Of a DNA stretch of 64,000 nt, positions 30,033-36,596 are shown piece by piece; positions within the stretch are counted from its first letter, which is position 1; each line of letters starts with the position of its first letter. Position numbers and translations under genes: made by a program. The DNA is taken from assembly GCA_943354005.1 (NCBI GenBank), contig CALRBE010000001.1, positions 147 to 64,146 of the forward strand, given 5' to 3'. Source of the stretch: an uncultured Candidatus Saccharimonas sp. Its GTDB lineage: Bacteria; Patescibacteriota; Saccharimonadia; Saccharimonadales; AWTP1-31. The notes below the pieces were generated by a model. The model was not told the DNA's origin, did no database searches, and was given only the letters and a program-made list of their open reading frames with translations.

Positions 30033-30108
30033 TGGTGACCCCGGCGGGATTCGAACCCGCGATCTTCTGGATGAGAACCAGATATCCTAACCACTAGACG
30101 ACGGGGCC
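30033..30108 (-). tRNA. tRNA-Glu (anticodon CTC), CCA encoded
   Basis: The reverse complement reads GGCCCCGTCGTCTAGTGGTTAGGATATCTGGTTCTCATCCAGAAGATCGCGGGTTCGAATCCCGCCGGGGTCACCA. The anticodon stem is TCTGG/CCAGA with loop TTCTCAT. Confidence 0.9.
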
Positions 30109-30216
30109 ATTGTCGTATGTGAACGTGCAAATTCTAACAGATTTACAGAGATACGTCCAGATCAATAACAGTGGTTGTGACTATCACATGAGTCTGTCAT
30201 AATTGCTTATGGTAAT

Positions 30217-31686
30217 ATGCCAAATTCAGTAAAACCTACCACAAATCCACCCAGTTCTGCCGAAAAGATAGGGTGGGTACTATTCGTGTTTATAAGCCAA
30301 TTTGTGGTAATTTTCTTGCTGTTTAATATTGGTTCAAAGGGTAGCAGTACTGCAATAGGCATAATCTTTGCATTATTTGCGGCTATATTGTTATCCGCAA
30401 TAAGCTTAGGTATTTCACAAGCTCGGCTTTCTCTTCCTGGTCAAACAACTTCTAGAAAGACATCAGACAAGAGCCCGGTGCATTCGATCTTAAGCGCCCC
30501 ACAGAACCAATCAGATAATATTTTGGAATCCGTTTCGGATGGTATTGTGGTCACTGACGAAACTGGCAAAATAACAATGCTAAACAATAGTGCTGCACAA
30601 ATTGCTGGATGGAATCCCCAAGATGCCCTAAACCTTGACTACCATTCAGTATTTGCATTCTCTGACACTAAAGGTAACCCATATACAGAGCAGCAAAACC
30701 CTTTTAAGAAAGTCTTTGATACCGGTAAGCCGATTAAGGATGATGCTGCTTTTGTAACGACACATAGTAGTAAGAAAAAAATAGCTGTGAGCATGAGTGT
30801 ATCTCCAATGCTAGATGAGATGGGAGCAGTAGTTGGTACGGTTTCTATTGTTCGTGACGTAAGTGAGGAACGGGAAGCTGCTCGGCAACGTGCTGAGTTC
30901 ATAAGCACTGCAAGTCACGAAATGCGTACTCCAGTTGCAGCAATAGAAGGATACTTATCCCTTGCACTTAACCCTAACGTTTCCAAAGTAGACGATAAAG
31001 CAAAATCATACCTTACCAAAGCTCATGATGCAACACGACACCTTGGAGATCTCTTCCAAGACCTTTTGACCAGTTCCAAAGCAGATGACGGCAGGCTTAC
31101 AAACAACCCTGAAATTATTGAAGTAGGATCTTTCATATCGAAACTAACTGAAGACCTTCGTTTCGTTGCTCAAAAGAAAAGTCTTACCGTCGAGTACGTT
31201 CTCGGTACAACTGGAGCCTCTGTAGGTAGTTCTAGTAAGTTAGACGGGAGCACTAAGGTTATTCAACCACTCTACAATATCTACGCCGATCCAGAACGAC
31301 TTCGTGAAGTTATTACAAACTTGTACGACAATGCAGTTAAATACACCAATTCAGGAAAGATATCCATCGGTCTAACGGGAGATACTAACGTCGTACAAAT
31401 ATATGTCAAGGATACTGGAGTAGGTATGGCGCCAGAAGACGTACCACATCTATTTCAGAAGTTCTACCGTCTAGATAATAGCTCTACTCGTACAAGCGGG
31501 GGAACTGGGCTTGGGCTTTATATATCACGCAAAATTATTGAGCTATATAATGGTCAAATCTGGGCCGAGAGTGAACTGGGCAAGGGAAGTACGTTCTTTA
31601 TCAACCTACCTCGACTTAGCAACCAGCGGTACGCTGAGCTTAGTACTAAAATGACCCCAACCGCAGGACAAATCAGCAAAAAGTGA
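30217..31686 (+). CDS. sensor histidine kinase (2 TM, PAS, HisKA, HATPase_c)
   Basis: The H-box is FISTASHEMRTPV, the N-box is NLYDNAVKYT, G1 is DTGVGM and G2 is GGTGLGLYI. Confidence 0.9.
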   Translation: MPNSVKPTTNPPSSAEKIGWVLFVFISQFVVIFLLFNIGSKGSSTAIGIIFALFAAILLSAISLGISQARLSLPGQTTSRKTSDKSPVHSILSAPQNQSDNILESVSDGIVVTDETGKITMLNNSAAQIAGWNPQDALNLDYHSVFAFSDTKGNPYTEQQNPFKKVFDTGKPIKDDAAFVTTHSSKKKIAVSMSVSPMLDEMGAVVGTVSIVRDVSEEREAARQRAEFISTASHEMRTPVAAIEGYLSLALNPNVSKVDDKAKSYLTKAHDATRHLGDLFQDLLTSSKADDGRLTNNPEIIEVGSFISKLTEDLRFVAQKKSLTVEYVLGTTGASVGSSSKLDGSTKVIQPLYNIYADPERLREVITNLYDNAVKYTNSGKISIGLTGDTNVVQIYVKDTGVGMAPEDVPHLFQKFYRLDNSSTRTSGGTGLGLYISRKIIELYNGQIWAESELGKGSTFFINLPRLSNQRYAELSTKMTPTAGQISKK

Positions 31687-31749
31687 AATTCATTACAAGC
31701 CAGTTATGCTACAATGTAATTAAAATAAGCATATAAGGGAATACACTAC

Positions 31750-32571
31750 ATGGCAAAAATAATGCTCGTCGAAGACGATACAAATCTCTTAGAAATATAT
31801 GGCGCACGACTTCTTGCAGAAGGCTATGAAGTAGTATCGGCTAAAGATGGAGAAGAAGCATTAGCTATGGCAGTCAAAGAAAAGCCAGACCTAATAATTA
31901 GCGACATAATGATGCCAAAGATCAGTGGCTTTGATATGCTAGATATCCTTCGTAGTACACCTGAGACTAAGAATACTAAAGTAATTATGATGACCGCCCT
32001 TAACCAAGCAGAAGATAAAGAACGTGCTGACAAGCTTGGTGCAGATCGTTACTTAGTAAAATCTCAAGTTACCCTAGAGGATGTAGCGCAGGCAACTAAA
32101 GAAGTTCTTGGAGATTTAGCGCCAGCACCAGCTGAGCCAGTGACGCCAGCACCTGCTGAGCCTGCTGAGAAAGCTGAACCAGCTGCGCCAGCACCTGCTG
32201 AGCCTGCTGAGAAAGCTGAACCAGCTGAGCCAGCACCTGCTGAGCCTGCTGAGCCAGTGACGCCAGAAGTACTTACACCAGCGACTGAAACGGCTCAATC
32301 AGTACCCGCCGAAATGCTACCGCCCGTTAAAACTGATTCCAACAATTCTTCTCCAGGACATACAAAAGTAATTAAACCAATTAATGACATTAATGAGCGG
32401 AGCGACGGCCTGAAGAAACTCATAGCTGAGGCGGAGGCGGAGGATAAAGCTCAGACATCCTCAATGCCTGAAGTCTCACCTCCAATGGTTCCTGCTATGC
32501 CCACACCAGCTGAGCCAGTTCAAATTCCTGTAATAGTGCCACCAGTTACGCCACCTACTCCTCAGGCCTAA
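31750..32571 (+). CDS. response regulator receiver with Pro/Ala/Glu-rich tail and no recognisable output domain
   Basis: The REC residues are canonical: LVEDD, IISDIMMP, MMTA, LVKS. About 150 aa of PAPAEPAEKAE-type low complexity follow. Confidence 0.85.
   Translation: MAKIMLVEDDTNLLEIYGARLLAEGYEVVSAKDGEEALAMAVKEKPDLIISDIMMPKISGFDMLDILRSTPETKNTKVIMMTALNQAEDKERADKLGADRYLVKSQVTLEDVAQATKEVLGDLAPAPAEPVTPAPAEPAEKAEPAAPAPAEPAEKAEPAEPAPAEPAEPVTPEVLTPATETAQSVPAEMLPPVKTDSNNSSPGHTKVIKPINDINERSDGLKKLIAEAEAEDKAQTSSMPEVSPPMVPAMPTPAEPVQIPVIVPPVTPPTPQA
32146..32266 (+). repeat. 42-bp tandem repeat (about 2.6 copies) encoding PAPAEPAEKAEPAx
   Basis: CCAGCACCTGCTGAGCCTGCTGAGAAAGCTGAACCAGCTG(C/A)G occurs at 32146-32187 and 32188-32229. 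A partial third copy follows. Confidence 0.85.
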
Positions 32572-32590
32572 TCTCTAGTACACTAGTACA

Positions 32591-33250
32591 ATGCGAATCA
32601 ACAAATATGTAGCCTTAGCAACAGGCATATCTCGAAGAGCTGCGGACCAGGCAATAACCTGGGGCCGTATTTCGGTCAATGGACAGCCACCTTTATCTGC
32701 AGGCTATTCAGTCCAGGAGAACGACGTTGTTTGCCTAGATGGTAAGCCATTGTCTATTCAAGAAACATTTACTACGATCATGCTCAATAAACCAACTGGG
32801 TACGTCGTAAGCCGTGATGGACAAGGCAGTAAATCAATTTATGAACTTCTTCCCGAAGCATACCACTCACTTAAGCCAGTAGGCCGTCTAGATAAAGCTT
32901 CTTCAGGCCTATTATTACTAACGAATAATGGTGAGCTTGCTAATCAACTTACTCATCCTAGCTATAACAAAGATAAGGTATACGAAATAGAACTATACGT
33001 GCCATTAAAGCAAGAAGATAAGCGAGCCATAGAAAAAGGTATCGAACTAGAGGATGGCAAGAGTGCGCTAAGGCTTACTGGATCAGGTACTGCGTGGACT
33101 GTAACAATGTCGGAAGGCCGTAATCGACAGATTAGACGTACATTCGGTGAGCTAGGCTATACAATCTCTAAGCTCCACCGAATTCAGTTTGGGGATTACA
33201 TGCTCAAAGGCACAGCTGTCGGTACTAGTAGACTCGTTAGCGAAGACTAG
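32591..33250 (+). CDS. pseudouridine synthase, RsuA/RluB family
   Basis: The N-terminal S4 domain is MRINKYVALATGISRRAAD. The catalytic motif is GRLDKASSGLLLLTNNGELANQLTHPS. Confidence 0.88.
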   Translation: MRINKYVALATGISRRAADQAITWGRISVNGQPPLSAGYSVQENDVVCLDGKPLSIQETFTTIMLNKPTGYVVSRDGQGSKSIYELLPEAYHSLKPVGRLDKASSGLLLLTNNGELANQLTHPSYNKDKVYEIELYVPLKQEDKRAIEKGIELEDGKSALRLTGSGTAWTVTMSEGRNRQIRRTFGELGYTISKLHRIQFGDYMLKGTAVGTSRLVSED

Positions 33251-33284
33251 CCAACAGAGGTATTTTGTGGTAAAATAAGCGACA

Positions 33285-34745
33285 ATGGCAAAGAAATTAC
33301 CAATCGTCGCTATTGTTGGCCGCGCCAACGTAGGTAAATCGACGTTATTTAATAATATTCTACGACGCAGAGAAGCTATCGTTGCAAATGAAGCGGGTAC
33401 AACCCGAGACAGCATCATGGCAAAAGCATCGGTCTATATTGACGTACCAAAAGAGATCACCGAAGAAGAAGAAAAACCTTCTCGAAAAGTCCGCCGTACT
33501 GATGGTTCCCAGCAAAAATGGCGCACAAGCATCGAGCGTGAAAGACAAGATTTCTGGCTCGTCGATACGGCAGGAATGAAAGATGCTGAAGATGATTTTG
33601 AGTTTACTATTCAAGAGCAAATCACACAGGCTGCAGATAGCGCAGACGTTATCTGGGTAGTTATTGAAGGAAGCACGATTATCACAGAAGAAGATCGTCG
33701 TGTTGCAAAAATGGCACTGAAGACAAAGAAGCCCGTCATGCTTGTTGTAAACAAGATGGACAAGGCCGGACACAAGACGCACAGCGACTTTCAACGACTT
33801 GGCATCAAAGAAATTATTCTGATTAGTGCTTCACAAAACGCTGGAATAGATGAGCTCTTAGAATGTCTAGTAGAGCATATCGGTAAAGCTAGACTCGAAG
33901 AAGATCCAAATCGCTTACACATAGCAATCCTTGGCCGACCAAATGTTGGTAAGTCTCAGCTGTTTAATACGCTTGCTAAGAAACAGCAGGCTATAGTTGC
34001 CGATAGAGCAGGGACAACCCGAGATATTAACCGCACGATCGTGAAATATCAAGGTCGAGAAATCGAACTCTTAGATACAGCAGGAATTAGAAAAAACGGA
34101 AAAATTGAAGTTGGCATCGAACGCTTTAGCGTTATTCGTAGCCTAAGTGCAATTGAGCAAGCTGACGTATGTGTCATGTTGATGGATGTTAACGAACTTA
34201 ATGTACAGCTTGATCAGAAGATTGCTGGAATGATTAAAGAAGCAGGTAAGGGTCTCATACTAGTAATCAGTAAATGGGACAGTATTGAAGACGATAAAAC
34301 TGCCTTTACCCGCGACTCGATGGCTGCCCAAATTCGTAATAACTTTGCCTTTGTACCATGGGCTCCACTCGTTATCACAAGCTCCGTAACAGGCCAGAAT
34401 GTAACTAAACTCTTTGAATTAGCTCTCGAAATTGATGAACGACGAAAACAAAAGTTCACGACTAGCGAGCTAAACAGGTGGCTACGTAAAGTTGTCAGCA
34501 TGCACCCACCAGCTGGACTTAAGAACCGAACACCTAAACTTAATTACATTGTGCACGAAGACGATAATTCTATCCCAAGCTTTAAAGTTTTTGGTTCTCA
34601 TACGAAGTTTCTACACTGGAGCTATAAGCGTTTCATGGAACGTAATCTACGTGAGTCATATAATTTCGAGGGTAGTGCAATACATTTCTGGTTTATCGAA
34701 AAACACGTGACCCACAAACACGGTACACGCCCAGAAGAAGAATAA
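33285..34745 (+). CDS. der: ribosome-associated GTPase Der (EngA)
   Basis: There are two G domains (GRANVGKST..DTAG..NKMD and GRPNVGKSQ..DTAG..SKWD) plus a KH-like C-terminus. A charged insertion lies in G domain 1. Confidence 0.9.
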   Translation: MAKKLPIVAIVGRANVGKSTLFNNILRRREAIVANEAGTTRDSIMAKASVYIDVPKEITEEEEKPSRKVRRTDGSQQKWRTSIERERQDFWLVDTAGMKDAEDDFEFTIQEQITQAADSADVIWVVIEGSTIITEEDRRVAKMALKTKKPVMLVVNKMDKAGHKTHSDFQRLGIKEIILISASQNAGIDELLECLVEHIGKARLEEDPNRLHIAILGRPNVGKSQLFNTLAKKQQAIVADRAGTTRDINRTIVKYQGREIELLDTAGIRKNGKIEVGIERFSVIRSLSAIEQADVCVMLMDVNELNVQLDQKIAGMIKEAGKGLILVISKWDSIEDDKTAFTRDSMAAQIRNNFAFVPWAPLVITSSVTGQNVTKLFELALEIDERRKQKFTTSELNRWLRKVVSMHPPAGLKNRTPKLNYIVHEDDNSIPSFKVFGSHTKFLHWSYKRFMERNLRESYNFEGSAIHFWFIEKHVTHKHGTRPEEE

Positions 34746-34789
34746 ATATTGCTCCATAGGGCATTAATACGCCATAATACAGTTTAGTT

Positions 34790-35437
34790 ATGGGATTATT
34801 TCAAAAGAAGATACATTCAGACGTCAAACATGCTCCTCTATACACCATAGGAGGCCAGCAGACGCTGTTGATCGTCGGACTTGGTAATCCAGGTGATTCT
34901 TACGCAGGAACGCGTCATAATGCCGGATTTGACTGCTTAAACGCTTTTGTCGCTGGTCATGATGAATTTGGAAAGTGGGTAACCAAAAAAGACTTATCTT
35001 GTGATATTGTCAGTGGTATTTTTGGCGGGACTAGAGTCATAGTCATTAAACCTACAACTTTCATGAATGATAGTGGGCGAGCAGTACAAGCAGTACAGTC
35101 ATTTTATAAAATTGCTAATACTCAAACTATCGTTGTTCATGATGAGCTAGCGCTACCGTACGGTCAGATCCGCACCAGCATTGGCGGTAGTTCGGCAGGG
35201 CATAATGGCATTAAATCGCTTATCTCTCATTGTGGTGAAGATTTTGGACGAGTTAGAATCGGTATTGATAATCCAGACAAGCCCAATGGTGACACCAAAG
35301 ATTTCGTCCTAAAACCGTTTAATAGTAGCGAAAAAGCTCACACATCTGCGCTCCTACGAGAAACAGAAAGTATTCTTATTGAATCAGTTTTCCAGCACAA
35401 ATTGCCTACTGAAACTAGATCATTTATTATCGGTTAG
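34790..35437 (+). CDS. pth: peptidyl-tRNA hydrolase
   Basis: Motifs LIVGLGNPGDSYAGTRHNAGF and GGSSAGHNGIKS are present. Confidence 0.9.
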   Translation: MGLFQKKIHSDVKHAPLYTIGGQQTLLIVGLGNPGDSYAGTRHNAGFDCLNAFVAGHDEFGKWVTKKDLSCDIVSGIFGGTRVIVIKPTTFMNDSGRAVQAVQSFYKIANTQTIVVHDELALPYGQIRTSIGGSSAGHNGIKSLISHCGEDFGRVRIGIDNPDKPNGDTKDFVLKPFNSSEKAHTSALLRETESILIESVFQHKLPTETRSFIIG

Positions 35438-36010
35438 TGATTCTCTTACCGCAATATGATCACTAAGATAATCAATAGTTACTAGAGTCCTGTGTGCGGA
35501 AGCAACTCCCATATGCCATGCCTGGTTAAGGCTACGTGGTTCTTGGTTTACGGAGTTAATATTTTGTCGTAAAAGTATTGCATCGCCAGGTCCATAAGTC
35601 GTTTGAAAACGCGGCGTATTATTAATGTCATACTGTTCAGTATCGCAAGAAAATAGGGCCCGTGATCCTAAATATGGAACTAGTAGTGATACACCTTTTC
35701 GAGCAGTACTATCTACATGAGCCTCCATGGCTGATCCAATATTGGGATACGGGTCGATAACGTCAACAACCAATTTGCTATCTTCAAGGTCTCTGATATC
35801 CAAAAGGTTCAAAAAACCTACAATCTCGGGTATTCTTGTCGATAATAGAGCGGGGGATTGAGGAACGCCTTTGTCTCTTAGAAGATTGAGAGATTCTTCT
35901 GAAATAATTCGTGATAATTTGGCGGCGCCGTATTCTAGGCAACACTCAAGGGCGTCCACACTAAAGCCAGTGAAGGCGATACGTGATTCAGGCAAGGTAT
36001 GGTCTGTCAT
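35420..36010 (-). CDS. hypothetical protein, possibly Fe(II)/2OG-dioxygenase-like
   Basis: A 196-aa ORF with an HxD (AHVDS), a distal His (AWHMG) and an Arg (HRTL) spaced as in cupin-type dioxygenases. This is a weak, by-eye call. Confidence 0.4.
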   Translation of the reverse strand: MTDHTLPESRIAFTGFSVDALECCLEYGAAKLSRIISEESLNLLRDKGVPQSPALLSTRIPEIVGFLNLLDIRDLEDSKLVVDVIDPYPNIGSAMEAHVDSTARKGVSLLVPYLGSRALFSCDTEQYDINNTPRFQTTYGPGDAILLRQNINSVNQEPRSLNQAWHMGVASAHRTLVTIDYLSDHIAVRESLTDNK

Positions 36011-36033
36011 CCATATTAGATTGCCATACTTTT

Positions 36034-36081
36034 ATGAAAACAAAAAGAGCCTCTAGAGGGGGTGGGCACCGCTAGAGGCTC
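36034..36081 (-). terminator. Rho-independent terminator (minus strand)
   Basis: The minus strand reads GAGCCTCTAG-CGGTGCCCACCCCCT-CTAGAGGCTC, a 10-bp perfect stem, followed by TTTTTGTTTTC. It ends about 25 nt before the start codon at 36010. Confidence 0.6.
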
Positions 36082-36385
36082 ATTACACCCTTCAACCCAC
36101 CCGAGCGAAGCATCAGAACCTAAAATATATAATGGCCTGTGCCGCCTCGATTAAAAATCGAGATCATCTGTTCGACTCACTTTGAAATCGGGACCACCAG
36201 CTGTAAACAGTAGGTGGGTGCTAGTTAAAGGGGTTAGTTTGTTTTAGAGCGTGAACTTGGTAAACCAAGAACAACGAAATATAAGTGGAGGGTAACAACT
36301 TATGGCTCTAACGCTCTAAAACAATCTAACAATTGTTAGAATTTGGGGTAGAAGGTACGTAAAACCTAAAAAATAGGAATTACAA
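36082..36385 (-). ncRNA. candidate structured RNA of unknown class (cis-leader or sRNA)
   Basis: No ORF lies between a good minus-strand promoter and the terminator. There are multiple hairpins and mutually exclusive GGTGGG/CCCACC pairings. See findings. Confidence 0.35.
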
Positions 36386-36391
36386 GTTGCA

Positions 36392-36420
36392 ATAATAACA
36401 AAAATATTTCATAAAGTCAA
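36392..36420 (-). promoter_or_regulatory. sigma-70-type promoter, TTGACT-N17-TATTAT with TG extension (minus strand)
   Basis: The minus strand reads TTGACT (36420-36415), a 17-nt spacer ending in TGT, then TATTAT (36397-36392). Confidence 0.45.
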
Positions 36421-36596
36421 TACCATTATGCATTATTGTGTATTTCGCAATATAGTGTTTTTCTATGTATAAAGATAAGCAGTATGCTAAGACGAGACCA
36501 GAACAGTGTAAATTGATTGAATAAATTTGCATTTGTTATCTAATTCATATAATCTTACGCTTTGTAATTAATAAAGAAACGTTATACTTAAGCAAT

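Noticed and set aside
36058-36072. The plus-strand GGGGGTGGGCACCGC resembles the T-box consensus GGGUGGNACCGCG.
   Set aside because: It lies in the loop of a hairpin whose U-tract is on the opposite strand. On the plus strand, the sequence upstream of it is the 5' end of an opposite-strand CDS. There is no specifier-loop context or downstream aminoacyl-tRNA synthetase leader.
36164-36210. The minus-strand CTGTTTAC-N7-GGTCC...CAGATGA matches the spacing of E. coli 4.5S (SRP) RNA around domain IV.
   Set aside because: The universally conserved GGAA tetraloop and GGAAGCAGC Ffh-binding motif are absent. The matching parts are the less conserved flanks, so I do not call it ffs.
36241-36322. GTTTTAGAGC at the start of the 82-nt element resembles the type II-A CRISPR repeat and tracrRNA anti-repeat sequence.
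   Set aside because: There is no repeat-spacer array anywhere in the window and no cas genes. The match is only a 10-mer that is one arm of a local inverted repeat.
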